DNA of 64,000 nt from Mobula birostris. Taxonomy: Eukaryota. The position numbers were made by a program, and so were the translations under genes. The notes under the pieces are model-generated. The model did not search any database, was not told where the DNA came from, and saw only the letters and a program-made list of their open reading frames with translations. Numbering within the stretch: position 1 is the first letter of the stretch; the number at the start of each line of letters is the position of its first letter. The stretch covers positions 40,555,553 to 40,619,552 of the forward strand of contig NC_092384.1 of assembly GCF_030028105.1 (NCBI RefSeq), in the 5' to 3' direction. Below are positions 13,320-26,829 of the stretch, piece after piece.

Positions 13320-16045
13320 TCAGTTACTAGCTCTAACATCACACCAGATAACAATATCGACAACACTACTATTCAAATAGGTGAAAATCTAATGATAGTA
13401 AATGCCTTTAAACCTCTAAATAAGGAATGACCAAATCCACTGTTACCAAAGATTAAAGACCCAGCAATATTCCTTGGAGACTTCAACAGCCATCATTAAG
13501 ATTGGGGATACTCAGAAAACAACACAGCCAGAGAAGCGATCAATCATTGGGCATCTAATAACGACTTCCAACTACTTACTATACGATCCTAAAGATAAGG
13601 GAACATTCTTCTCAGCTAGATGGCAACAAAATTACATACCAGACCTCTGTTTTGTAACAATAAACAATCAGCTATCCGAGAAGTCCTTGCTGATTTTCCT
13701 CATAGTCAGAACAGATCCATGCTAATAATGGTTGGATCCCAAATACCCATTCATCTCTCTATCCCAAAAACCAGATGGAACTTCAGAAAAGCAAACTGGG
13801 AAAATTTCACCTTGCAAGTCAACAATACATAGAAGAATACCACTCACCATCGAAAATTTCTACCGATTTCATAGACTCGTGCTAGAATGCGTGAAAGAGG
13901 CAATACAGAGGGGCCATCAACAAGAATATATTCCTTGTTGGTCTGAAGAAGGCAAAGAACTATTTCAAGAGTTTAAAACAACAGGCGAAATGACTACAGC
14001 TAATGATCTCCTCAAATCGCTCCACAACGCCAGGCAAAATAGAAGGATGGAAACTGTCAAAAACATGGACTTCACTCATTCCAGCAAATCAGCATGGACC
14101 CTCCCCAAAAAAACTAGATCCCAACACAGCACCAAAGCAGCAAGTCACTCAGTGCAGACACAGTAGCAAAACACATCAGACAAAGAGGAATGCATACTCC
14201 TAATCATAAATTTAAAACACGTCAGACACGAATACCAGAAACTTTACAATAGTGCGCCAGAAGCTGATGACAGACTTACACTTCCAATAACATAATAACA
14301 TCAGCCGAAGTAAGTCCGCCTTGCAAAGCACTAAATCAGCAAAAGCAACCAGCATCAAAGATATCTATCTAGAAATGTTGAAACATCTCAGAGAGGAGGA
14401 TATCAAGTGGTATCACTGACGTCGTAATAGAAGTAAAATACCCCGACACTTGGGAACGTGCCAAAGTCATTGCAATAGCTAAACCAGGAAAGCCTGCAGA
14501 CGATCCATCAAGTTACTGCCCAATTTCTCTCCTCTGCTGTACCTACAAACTTCTAGAGCATGTTATTTTACCCAGAATATTACCTCCAATAGGTCCTTAC
14601 ATACCGATCGAACAAGCTGGCTTCAGACAACACCACAATACCAGTGAAGGATTTCTCATTCACATCGTACATCAAATCAGGCTTTGAACTCAGAAGGAAA
14701 ACTGAAGCATTTTTTATCGATTTATCGGCTGCATATGACACCATTTGGAGCCAAGGCTTAATGTTAAAACTAGTTCAGACCATCCCATGTCAAATGATCC
14801 TGCGTCTCGTCCACAGAATGACAGGCGCCTGTTCTTTCTTCACCTGCCTAGGAATTGACACCAGTCACATTATGAAATTTCGCAGTGGTGTCCCCACAGG
14901 GTTAGTCTGGCTCCAACCTTGTTCGGTCTGTATCTCACTGACCTCCCTGAAACCAAATCTAATGTGTTGGTGACTGGGCCAAAGCCTTCCAATTGAACAA
15001 CGTCAAATCCATTGAAAGAAAACCTTACCCAAGTTATCAACTCCCTATCCAACTACCTCTCAAAGTGGTACCTAAATATAAATGTCAACAAAACAGTAAC
15101 TTCCATATTTCAACTGAACAACTGACTAACCAAACTTAAACTTAATAACAAACTGCTACCCAACGATCCACACCCAAAGTACTTAGGAGTCACACTAGAT
15201 CGAACTCTCTCATACAAGATACACCTCCTCATACAAGTGTTGCAAAGAAACTAAAATCCAGAATGGCCATGATCAGGAATATAGCAGGAAACAAATGGGG
15301 TGTTAACCAATCAGTCCTACAAACATCTAGCCTATCACTATATTTCTCAGTCGCCGAATATTGCACACCCACCTAGGAGAGAAGTGCTCACACAAACATC
15401 ATCAGTACACAGCTTCATACTTCTATGAGAATAATCTCAGGAGCCCTAAGATCCACACCTGTCCAATGGCTCCCAACAATGAGCGGAATAGCACCCCTGG
15501 AGATCTGTAGAAGAGCAGCTTCAGCAAAATTCTACAGACATATCCAAGCTATGTCCAACATTCCAGTTCATAAACTCATAAACTCATTAAAAATGCTCAT
15601 CCACCTTCCCAACTCAAAACCCGAAAACCTTTCTACAACTTGAAAAAACCTCAACTCCTATGACAACACACTGAAGGGCGCCAGTACTGGCACACTAACA
15701 CATCCCACCCCCCTACCCAACGGAGATCTGATTGACGGCTCCACCTCGCTCCTCCCGGGGTTTCCTACAGCTACCAGAAAAGGCTGGAGAGCTGCAACTA
15801 GACTCGTAAGTCAACATGCCAAAACAGCACAAACACTACATCACTGGGGCACCCAGCAAACCCCAGCATGCCGCTGTGATGCCCCAACCCAGGGAGTCCT
15901 CCACTTGGTCCAAACATGCCCTCTCACCAAGGTCCAAGACGGTTTTGCTGCGGTTCATTGGTGCAGCCAGGAGCTGGAGGAGTGGCTTGACAAAAACCAA
16001 TTAGGAGTGTGAAGAGAAAAATACCTGCCATATGAAACAACATAA
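13320..16045 (+). mobile_element. Vingi/Ingi-like LINE, frameshifted
   Basis: APE motif LGDFNSHH..WGY (about 13475-13512), RT FIDLSAAYDTIW (ORF 14644), RIISGALRSTPVQWLP..GIAP (15425), C-terminal CRC..TQ..H..C zinc-knuckle-like motif (about 15866-15922) and 3' end gccatatgaaac. Confidence 0.8.
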
Positions 16046-16786
16046 TCCTTCTAGATATAAGCTAAGGAAGAGTGATGTAAAAATTGGAGATTATGGCAGA
16101 GTAAGGGTACAGCTAATTTTTCAGAAGTCAAAAGTAAGTTGCAAATAAATTGTGGCATGATAGGCCAATGGGCCGAAGGGTGGTATTGTTAGAGTAATTG
16201 CAATATGGTGGCAGAACTAGCAGCCACACTGATGTACTATGAATAGATAGAAGCTTGGTGCTGTAGAAAGCACAGATGGACTTGGGGGAGAGATATGCAA
16301 ATCAGTAAAGACAGCATGTATGAGAAATGTTTGGTTTAAAAGTACTATAGGACTTCTAAGTCGGATCATGCAGCAAACAAACTCTGAAAATTTTTTATGG
16401 AACTTAATATGACTTGGTATTCAGTTCTACACCAGAGGAAGCATTGAGTTCCGCACACAGTAGAATGTTATTTGGTATTAAAATATAGAAATATACGTGA
16501 GTTATAAGAAAACATAATAAAGTTGTTTAAAATTAAGAAATGATTGATCAGAGTAATGGAAGCCAGCTGTCTTCTATATTTGAGCATCAGAAATAAAGAG
16601 CATTGATGCAGATTTGCAATGAAGTATAAGACAATCTTCTTTTGACAGAGAATCGTGAGACTATGCAATTCGCTGCTGGGGTTTGTGATTGAGACAGAAA
16701 GTAGGTCAGCCTTAAAAATGACAGTGAAGGAGAAGTGAGAGAAGAGTGTGAAAATGTGTAATTACATAAATATGATTAACCATTTG

Positions 16787-16946
16787 TTTTTGTGGAGCAC
16801 AAGCATCAAACTGAGTCATATGAGCTAAATTAACTAGTTTTGTGTTGTAAATACTTCACATTTCTTTTTTGTGGAGCACAAGCATCAAACTGAATCATGT
16901 GAGCTAAATTAACTATTTTTGTGTTGTAAATACTTCGCATTTCTTT
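16787..16946. repeat. Tandem duplication, 79-bp unit, 2 copies
   Basis: gtggagcacaagcatcaaactga...aaatacttc.catttctt starts at 16792 and at 16871, with about 4 mismatches. Confidence 0.92.
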
Positions 16947-18238
16947 GCTAAAAGTGACAAACTGGTATGGAGAGATGAAAAGGGTTAAATCTGTTATTGT
17001 CAGCATACTCATGAAATTGGATACACCTTCAGCAATTGCAAAAGATATTGTTGGGTTTCCAATTTAAAAGTAGTGGATAAGCCAGTACAACATGTGCGCA
17101 AAGGTATTTTCCTTGGCCAGTGAATGTGGCTGGTGAGATTTGAGGTTAATAGCTGCTTCTTCTGAAACCTTTTCTATGTCGCTGTCAAAATATGCCATTT
17201 ACCCCTAGAAATGAACAGTCGATGTATTGGGCCAAAATGTCAACTGTTTGTTCACTTCCTTGGATGGTATCCGACCTGCTGAACTCCTTAGCATTTTGTG
17301 TGTGTTGCTTTGGATTTCCAACATCTGCAGGTTTTATCATGTTTGTTATTTACCTCTAGAGTTGTGCAGTATTTAAGAATGTGTTTCTAATTTCTACATT
17401 AAGAACAAAATCTACCACATATCGAAAGGTGGAATTCTGGTAGAATTTTATTAGTAGCTAAAAATTCTAGCCGCACCTGATTCTAGAAAGAGGTGCATTT
17501 TTGACAATATTTGGTACACTCTCTATACATACGTTGATTTTAAATAAAGGGCATGCCTTTAAACATTTATATATTCATCGGTTTCATCACTAAAATACTT
17601 TTGGTTGGTTCCAAAGCCAAAAGAGATAAAACTTCTTGATAAACTTGAGGACTTGGCTTCCCTTGTAAAATCAGAAATAACTAGCCTGGGCATTATCCCT
17701 GATTCAGATTTGAATTTAAAACCCACATAAAGACCAGAGCAGCAATTCTACACTTAAGAAATATTGCAAATGTATGTACACTTCTGTCATGTAGTGACGC
17801 TGAATAACTAATTCATGTCTTTCTATCGAAGAGACTACATTCCTGCAGTGAATTTTTTATTGACCTTCCAAAGCAATCTATCGACAGACTTCAACTGATT
17901 CAGAAATCTGCTGCTAGACTTTTAACCAAAACCAGGATGAGGGAACATATCACTCCCACCCCAGCTACTCTGCATTGGCTTCCTCTATCTTGATTTTAAC
18001 ATCCTCTTACTTATTTAAAAAGCTCTTAATGGTCTGGGACTGGAATACATCACAGAATCGTTTGCATTTTATAATCCAGCTCAAGCTCTCAGATATTCTT
18101 CCGCTGGTCTCTTAAATTTAAACAACGTCCCTCAAAAGATAAACAACAGGAATTCTGCAGATGCTGAAAATTCAAGCAACACACATAAAAGTTGCTGGTG
18201 AACGCAGCAGGCCAGGCAGCATCTGTAGGAAGAGGTGC

Positions 18239-18274
18239 AGTCGACGTTTCAGGCCGAGACCCTTCGTCAGGACT
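18239..18274 (-). ncRNA. Minimal type I hammerhead ribozyme (Penelope pseudo-LTR)
   Basis: Reverse complement reads agtc-CTGACGA-agggtctcggcct-GAAAC-GTC-gact. Confidence 0.8.
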
Positions 18275-19931
18275 AACTGAAGGAAGAGTGAGTAAGGGAT
18301 TTGAAAGTTGGAGGGGGAGGGGGAGATCCAAAATGATGGGAGAAGACAGGAGGGGGAGGGATAGAGCCAAGAGCTGGACAGGTGATTGGCAAAAGGGGAT
18401 ACGAGAGGATCATGGGACAGGAGGTCCGGGAAGAAAGACGGCGGGGGGGGGTGAACCCAGAGGATGGGCAAGAGGTATATTCAGAGGGACAGAGGGAGAA
18501 AAAGGAGAGTGAGAGAAAGAATGTGTGCATAAAAATAAGTAACAGATGGGGTACGAGGGGGAGGTGGGGCCTTAGCGGAAGTTAGAGAAGTCGATGTTCA
18601 TGCCATCAGGTTGGAGGCTACCCAGACGGAATATAAGGTGTTGTTCCTCCAACCTGAGTGTGGCTTCATCTTTACAGTAGATGAGGCCATGGATAGATAT
18701 GTCAGAATGGGAATGGGATGTGGAATTAAAATGTGTGGCCACTGGGAGATCCTGCTTTCTCTGGCGGACAGAGCGTAGATGTTCAGCAAAGCGGTCTCCC
18801 AGTCTGCGTCGGGTCTCGCCAATATAAAAAAAGGCCACATCGGGAGCACCGGACCCATTATATCACCCCAGTCGACTCACAGGTGAAGTGTTGCCTCACC
18901 TGGAAGGACTGTTTGGGGCCCTGAATGGTGGTAAGGGAGGAAGTGTAAGGGCATGTGTAGCACTTGTTCCGCTTACACGGATAAGTGCCAGGAGGGAGAT
19001 CAGTGGGGAGGGATGGGGGGGACGAATGGACAAGGGAATTGCGTAGGGAGCGATCCCTGCGGAATGCAGGGGTGTGGGGAGGGAAAGATGTGCTTAGTGG
19101 TGGGATCCCGTTGGAGGTGGCAGAAGTTACGGAGAATAATATGTTGGACCCAGAGGCTGGTGGAGTGGTAGGTGAGGACCAGGGGAACCCTATTCCTAGT
19201 GGGGTGGCAGGAGGATGGAGTGAAAGCAGATGTACGTGAAATGGGGGAGATGCGTTTAAGAGCAGAGTTGATAGTGGAGGAAGGGAAGCCCCTTTCTTTA
19301 AAAAAGGAAGACATCTCCCTCGTCCTAGAATGAAAAGCCTCATCCTGAGAGCAGATGCGGCGGAGACGGAGGAATTGCGAGAAGGGGATGGCGTTTTTGC
19401 AAGAGACAGGGTGAGAAGAGGAATAGTCCAGATAGCTGTGAGAGTCAGTAGGCTTATAGTAGACATCAGTGGATAAGCTGTCTCCAGAGACAGAGACAGA
19501 AAGATCTAGAAAGGGGAGGGAGGTGTTGGAAATGGACCAGGTAAACTTGAGGGCAGGGTGAAAGTTGGAGGCAAAGTTATATTCCATCTGGGTAGCCTCC
19601 AACCTGATGGCATGAACATCGACTTCTCTAACTTCCGCTAAGGCCCCACCTCCCCCTCGTACCCCATCTGTTACTTATTTTTATGCACACATTCTTTCTC
19701 TCACTCTCCTTTTTCTCCCTCTGTCCCTCTAAATATACCTCTTGCCCATCCTCTGGGTCCCCCCCCCCTTGTCTTTCTCCCTGGGCCTCCTGTCTCATGA
19801 TCCTCTCATATCCCCTTTGCCAATCACCTGTCCAGCTCTTGGCTCTATCCCTCCCCCTCCTGTCTTCTATCATTTTGGATCACCCCCTCTCCCTCCAACT
19901 TTCAAACCCCTTACTCACTCTTCCTTCAGTT

Positions 19932-19967
19932 AGTCCTGACGAAGGGTCTTGGCCTGAAACGTCGACT
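19932..19967 (+). ncRNA. Minimal type I hammerhead ribozyme (sense to ITFG1)
   Basis: agtc-CTGACGA(19936-19942)-agggtcttggcct-GAAAC-GTC-gact. Predicted cleavage after 19963. Confidence 0.8.
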
Positions 19968-21499
19968 GCACCTCTTCCTAGAGATGCTGCCTGGCCTGCT
20001 GCGTTCACCAGCAACTTTGATGTGTGTTCCCTCAAAAGATAATTAGCAGGTCAGCTTTTTTTTCAACTATGCACCTAAACTGTGGATTTCAGTACCCAAA
20101 CTATAATTAATGCAGACTCAGTTGACACTTTAAAATGCCAGATCGAAACCTATTTATTTAATCATCTTTTTAACTCACATCTTTTTGTCCTTTATTTTCA
20201 TGTTTTTTTTATTTTCATGTTTGCACTTTTGCTGCATTGTAAAGCTTAGTGTAAAGCTTAATGAGCCACATTGTCAAGAAACGTGCTTGATAAATAAAGT
20301 TGTTGTTATTATTTTAGAGTGCAGTGGACAATAAATTTAAGAAAGTAATATTTAAAAGTTTAGTGTTGGTAAAAATGCATGCTTAGTTTTATGATTCTTT
20401 AAACATCCAGTGTTGGTGGAAGCGCAAGGTGATGATAAATTCATTCTAGGACACAGTTAGTTTGTAGGCTGTGTTAACTTGGTTTTTTGAAGTTTCTTAA
20501 ACTGGTACAAAGGCCCTCAGTTGCTCATCCTTACCACACCTGTTTTCCGTCATGATCCAACTATCATTCTCTCATAGTTTCCTCCCAGTTCTGTATGTTT
20601 TTTTGCCAAACCCCTGAGGATGCTATCCTATTTCTTAACTCCCTACTGATTGTACTATTCTGTCACCTAAGACACAAGTGTTTGGGTAAGTCAGTGAATT
20701 ATTTAATAGCCAAAGTTACTCTATATAATAATAGAAAAAAGGAATAAATTTACTTCATGAATAACTTTGAAATGACAAGTCATTTGGTAACTATTTAACA
20801 ATATGGAATAGAAAAAATCAGTGATTAAAACAGTTGAATATGAGCAAAAGGTTTAATTCTGATATTGAAATCCAGACTTTTTGTAGCTGTATTCATCCCG
20901 TCTAGTTAGGAATATTCCCATATACTTCTGATTAATACCTTGTAGATAATGGAAAGATTTTGGAGAATAGGAGTGTGAGTTAGCCTTCTGCTAAAAGACG
21001 AATCAGGATATTGATGGAGGGATATTCAAAACCTGAAAATTTGTAGTTGACTATTATAGTGGAGATGCTTAGTGTCTCTTTCATTTGCACTTTGGTATTG
21101 CAAGTTTTATTTGCCAATTACCAGCCTGTTTCTGTTTATTGCCGTAGTCTTCGGCAGGTAAGTTTATGAAGTACATTATCTAAGGAGAAACAGTGCAATT
21201 ATCTGGAACATGTGAAGATGCCCTTAAGCATACTCACGGTGATGTCCGGGCTGAGATAACTGATTTCCAATAACTGAAACTGTCCTCTTTCTGCTAGTTA
21301 CTAGTGGAGAATTTTCCCTGATTGCCGTTAAATTTAATATTAATCAAGTGTGAATAATCTAGAACAGCTGTCCCTTGGATGTTACTGGTGATGTTTTTGT
21401 AAGGTTATACAGAGCACTTTGAACTTTGTCATGATAGATCAATGTAAGTGATCTAATTGGCTTTACAGTTATGTTTAGGTAACAGAGTGACTTACTGGA

Positions 21500-21790
21500 C
21501 CAATTAAGAGTCCTCCACATAAATTTAGTGTCACATTTAAAGCAGACTCGGTAAGGAAGGCTGGTTATCTTTCCAAAAGGACAACAGTGAACTAGCTAAA
21601 TTTTATAATAACTCTATAGTTTCATGGTCACAATGCCAGCACAAACTTCTTTTTGCTCCAAGTTGATTTAATTATCTGAATTTAAATTCACCAGATGCTT
21701 TGTTAGAGTTTGAGCTCAAGCTCCAAGTCCTTCATCCAGGTCTTTAGATTACTAGTTATATAACTAGAATCTTACAGCACCATGTAATGT
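21500..21790 (-). mobile_element. Old SINE
   Basis: gaatttaaattcacca...tttgagctc...ggtctttagattactagt. Related decayed copies lie at about 31250-31510 and 38260-38370. Confidence 0.55.
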
Positions 21791-24019
21791 GTAGGTTATT
21801 ATCAGACTGCCTATGACCACAAGGTGTACAAGATGTATATGTCAGTATCATAGAGGATTAGGGGGAAGTATTAGCTCAATAAGTAAAACTAAATGTATAT
21901 CTGTAGTGTAACAATTGTCTGCCTTCCCTCCGATCTATAGTATACAATGCTGTTAGTTTGTGTCACCAGCTCTGGAGATGAACACACTGTATTTTCAAAA
22001 TCTAGGATTGCTGTGTGATGATTCATTCTGCAGGACAGTCGTTGATCTCCAATTGTGCACAAAAACTGCTGCAATAAAGCTGCACCGGCAGGGATAACTG
22101 TAGAGTTTCAGATGAGGCTGGGTTATAAGAACACCTACACAAAGCTATTTGTCAGACAGAAACTGCATAACAGAGACGGCAGCACCAACATGTAAAACAT
22201 GAGATGGTGAATACTGAAAAAAAATGCAGCTGATCCAGACAGTCTTTCCATTGTTTATTTAAGAATTTTCATGGGAGTTCAATTAAAACTTTGCAATAAG
22301 AGACTAATCCTTTTTACATCTATCAAAACACATTTGTTAAAAATTTTCAAAATAGTTAAATAGACTTGCATAAAAGATTTATTCTAATGGAGTCTTCTTA
22401 GAATACTGTTCTTTATAAAGCTCATTATCTCCTGTTCACTAACCATTGACAATACTGCAGTGTTTTACTGCAACAAGCTGTCTTCTTTATTTATATCAGT
22501 AGTAGCTGCATACTTGACAATAACAATTCCTCAATACTTAATATATACTGCAATGTCAACAAATTTAGTTGTGAATAACGATAAAATGAAATAAGGTTGC
22601 TTTTATGTACAGAAATTCTGTAAAAGGATTCCTCTGTAATTTGTTAGACAACATATCCTTCATTAAAATATGAAATTCAGTTGTTTAACATTTAAGTGAT
22701 GCCACAGTCTATTATCACTATCTACTGCAAGCTAGAGCACTATTATCTAGAGCACTTCTCCGGTAGACTCTTCTGCAGATCCTCATGAGTCAGAATGTCT
22801 TGAAGGGAGTACTGTTATACTTCTTTCACATTGAATTTGCCTGTTGACAACACCTCACGGCAATCAGGACATTCATGAAGTATCTAATATGATGGAGAAT
22901 TGCTGGAAGCATTTAAAACTTGCTATTCTCATGGCATATGCTGAATCCATATGCTAAATGTTCTGCCATACCAAGATTGATTTTGAAGGAAGAAAATAAT
23001 AAAGGTATAAGAACAAATTAGCAGAATGTTAAATTCTGCAGGCATATGACAGCTATGGCATGTGCCTGCTGTTTTTAATCTATTAAATCTTTCAGGATGT
23101 GTAGTAAGAGTGAGTGGTGTCATCGATTGGAGAATGGGAGGACAAATGAGCCTTCCGATACACTTGGGACAGATGGGTTTTTGGCTGGTGCTAACCACAA
23201 CTGAGGTTAGTGTATATTGTCCAAGATCATCAGAAAACAGTGAGCAATAATAGTAATGCCTGAGATTGTGAGGAATTACAGCAGCAAGCACCAAATACCT
23301 GGATAGAATGATAGTGTGGAGAAAGTTCTTGGTATATGTCTCGGTTATGACTGTTCAGGGTATTCGATTAACCCAGCACAGCATGATCAGGTAGGGCTAT
23401 AAGGGGTCAATAATATCAGCAATGGCTGACCACAAGTCATCTTCTGTGATTGGCTCTGAGCTGATAACAGATTGATAATCTTCATTGGATGAAGATGTCA
23501 TCTGATGTTGTGTCATGTCTAGCAATTGTGTATATAAAATAAAGCCATGCTTTCTATTATCAGGGCAAGAGTAAGGACCTTACTGAGTAATATGAAAGGG
23601 CCTTTCATCCACTTGTAAGTTTAAAATTGATCATCATAAACATACTTTTGTTTAACCTTGAAGGGAAAGTGTGAGTAATTTTTTGCTCTATCATAGTATG
23701 ATGAGAATTGCACTGATATTTGGGGCACATTCAAACAGAAAAGCAAAGCCCATCACAAATGGGCAAAATGACAGTTCTTGTCCGCAAAATTAACAGTATT
23801 ACCAGCAACTCAGGAATGAAGCCAAAAGGAAGCTTTGTCATGGAAGATAAGTAGTGGCAAGTAAAGGCTAAGGAGATTGGCTTTTATGCTTATAAATAAA
23901 ATGTTTAGGAGTTTTTCCACATACTATAATATCAAATCTCTCATGGTGCCACAATCCTCTGAGCACATCTTTAAGAAAAACCAGATGAAAGGAATATTTG
24001 ACTCCCTCCCAAACCTTGA

Positions 24020-25830
24020 GTCATCTTGATAGATACTGCTATCAAATCCATTTACCTAATTCCCACTAATCCCAGGCGCTGCCCACCACATCCATGAAGA
24101 AGTCAGATGCACTACCATGCAAACCAAGAACCACAAGGGAGCAGAGCTAGATTACGTAACAACTGAAGTGTGCAAAGTCAGAGTTAAAGAATCATTACAG
24201 AAATAGTACACTTTCCTCATTTGTGGTGCAATGAGAAGATTCCGAACGATGAGAATAAAACGTTTGCAATCTTTAAGTTAGTAATTAAATCAGAATCTGG
24301 AAATTACTGAATCATTACTTCACTTTCTACAAAAGTCTTGCCTGTATCTTCTTTAGTGGAATTCTCCTTGCCACAGTAAAGATGCTGGAATATCATTGAT
24401 GATTTAAACCGTTTTCAAGATAACTGTTGTCTGTCACATGTCCTCCATTGCTTTGACAACATTTTTTATTCCTTCAGTTGCAAAGCTCTCTGGAAAATTC
24501 TGGTCAGATATGGGTGCCCTTTAAAATTTATAAATTTAAGGCTTCTTTACAATTAGATGTTTACCACCAACGTTTGGGGTTGTGCGGTTGTACCATTGCC
24601 CAAAGACCAACATTACTCCATCACTTTGTCAGTCATCCTTACTCTGAAGAATTCCTCTGTACTGGAATTGATTTCCACTACGGCTTTTAAATCTTTGTTC
24701 TCTTTGCCCAATGACAAGCACCTCTAAATAATCCATTACTAATCTTTTGATGACATCATTGTGCACAATGCGAATGATCTTCAGTGTAACTCTTGCTTTG
24801 GCTAGCGGCTTAATATAGGGGGTGATAGCCCCTGGCCCAGCCAAAATTAAGAAATCTCGTTTGGGTGGATGCTACATGATGTGTCTCCTGTTACAAATCA
24901 GTACCCCAAAATAACAAACAGTACACCATATGCAATTAAATGATTAAGGTTTTATAATTCTTACTTTGACTATATGGTTAGTAAAGAAAATGAAGAAAAA
25001 AAGAAAAAGGGCCTAATCTTGTGAAACAGTCTAATGCGCAATGGTGGAGCTCACTGATAGGCAGATTGTCTACCATCGACCTCCTCCGATCGTCACTGCT
25101 CTTCAGACCCTCGCTCCAAGTCCACCCTGTCCGGCGGTCTACCAACTCTCTCCATTTGCGTCTTCTCTCCGCATCTCTCCCCAGCAAAAAACGCGAAAAT
25201 CTCTCTTCCAGACTCTCAAGAAAGAACAGCATTCCAAACCCCATTATCTCTAGTCATAACCCAAACATTGTTGCTACAGAGAAACCATTACATTATCAGT
25301 GAAACCCTACAGCATGTTACATCAGTCAAACTGAATTCTTTTCACAGAGTTACCCTAGCCTAAGATTCCTACTTAACACAGCACATAGCCTGCCTCAGGA
25401 CTTAATCATGTCCCATCACAAATCATTACCAAGTGAAGAGCTTGGAGGCAATTGGGCATGACCAATATCTGATAGACCCATTTTTCAGAGTGATGATGCT
25501 GACATTGAGATTCCACACAAAATCTGGTGCACAAACCTTCTGGTGTTTGCTGAACATAAAGTGCTAAAGCACACCAGTTTCCAGGTCTGTAATTCAGTTG
25601 TCATTCCTACATTACTCTATGGATGTGAGACCTCAGCGAACTATCAACTAGAGCACAAGAAGCTGGAACAATGCCACCACCCATCCCTGTCAATGCTCCT
25701 GCAATTATGGGTAGATTGCCACAATGTTGCTAACATGTAGATGCTAGGTTTTCATCTTCCCAAAGAAGTCCAATTTGCCCAAAGATTCTTGGATGGTCGG
25801 AGGACATGGTTACTTTTGGAATGAATACTG
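24020..25830 (+). mobile_element. Decayed RTE-type LINE interrupted by a solo LTR
   Basis: VVIPTLLYGCET motif in ORF 25543-25740, with upstream RT-like remnants. Boundaries approximate. Confidence 0.55.
24785..25321. mobile_element. Solo LTR (Gypsy-type, 537 bp)
   Basis: Termini TGTAAC...GTTACA. Exact 4-bp TSD TCAG at 24781-24784 and 25322-25325. Confidence 0.85.
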
Positions 25831-26829
25831 AAAAAAAAGCAGATGTAGATATTGTGCAAGTCCCGTCCTCAGTGGTTCCAGTACCATAAGCCACATTAAG
25901 CAATAGAGGGGAAGAATTGTTGCTAGCAGATCCCTGGCCTATGAGAAAATGTTTGTACCTTCTGTAAATATGTTTGTGAGTTCATGATTAGACTCTTGTG
26001 ACATCTCAGGACTCAATTATAATAGAGGTCTTCCTTAAATCATGCTGACAGTAATAAAGAGGAAAGTTACAGCTTTAGGCCAAGTAAAATCTTTAGTGCA
26101 TCTTCTAACATATTTCACATCTCACATTAATTTCATGTTTTCTCATAACATAGAAGAAAGCTATTCTGCCATCAAGTCTGTGCCGCCTCTTGGAGCAACC
26201 ATCAATCCCATTCTCCCCACTTTACTCCCTTTTCATTCAATACCCTTAATTCTCCTGGAAACCACCTCAACTCTTTTGAGTTGCATCATCTCTTTGACGA
26301 TAAGACCTGTGGTAAATGGTTCACAAAAGAAAAGCTCAGAACGGAGGAAGAATTAAGAATCATAATTAAATGCATTAAGTAGGAATAAGGAATAAGGAGA
26401 TGATCACAAGGATAAGGTTGATGAGCAAACAGAACAGGATAAAGTTTTAGAGTTCAGAGTGAATTATATATTATAGAGTCAAAGCTAAGAGTGCACCAAA
26501 GGTGGGCAGGTAAATCATGTTGGTGGTGACAAAGGCATGACTGAGAAATTGAGGGAAGTTCAAGTTGGGAAGGTGAGGGTAATATGCAGAGGTTACATCA
26601 ATCTCTGTGAGACTTTATAAGATCGAGAAGTTATTTTGAAACAAGATAATAAACTCATGTGGTTTGAAGCTGTAAACTGCAAATTATTTAATTTTTTCAA
26701 ATTTATTTGAGTAAAGAGTAAAATAATTTACTTTTACTTTGCTAGTTTTGGTTTTTAGCAGTGAATTCAAATAGCTGTATAATTTCTATGAGATTGTGCA
26801 CCATCCCCTTGAACGGGTTAAGAATTCAA

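Larger units (their letters stand above)
18143..20027 (-). mobile_element. Penelope-like element: RT thumb + GIY-YIG 3' fragment with a 3' pseudo-LTR and an inverted 5' pseudo-LTR
   Basis: LPFLDLSV...VYYKPTDSHSYLDYSSSHP (ORF 19000-19602) and YIGETRRRLGDRFAEH...EEQHLIFRLGSLQPDGMNIDF (18572-18838). 18178-18636 is inverted at 19577-20028. TSD tccctcaaaagataa at 18128-18142 and 20028-20042. Confidence 0.95.
17790..20310 (+). mobile_element. L2-type LINE 3' remnant split by the Penelope insertion
   Basis: Left part reads HITP..LHWLP..DFNILLLI..ALNGL (17945-18035). Right part reads YAPKLW...ADSVDT (20068-20130). Confidence 0.7.

Noticed and set aside
16787-16946. CRISPR-like array
   Set aside because: Only two adjacent copies with no spacers, in a eukaryotic context with no cas genes.
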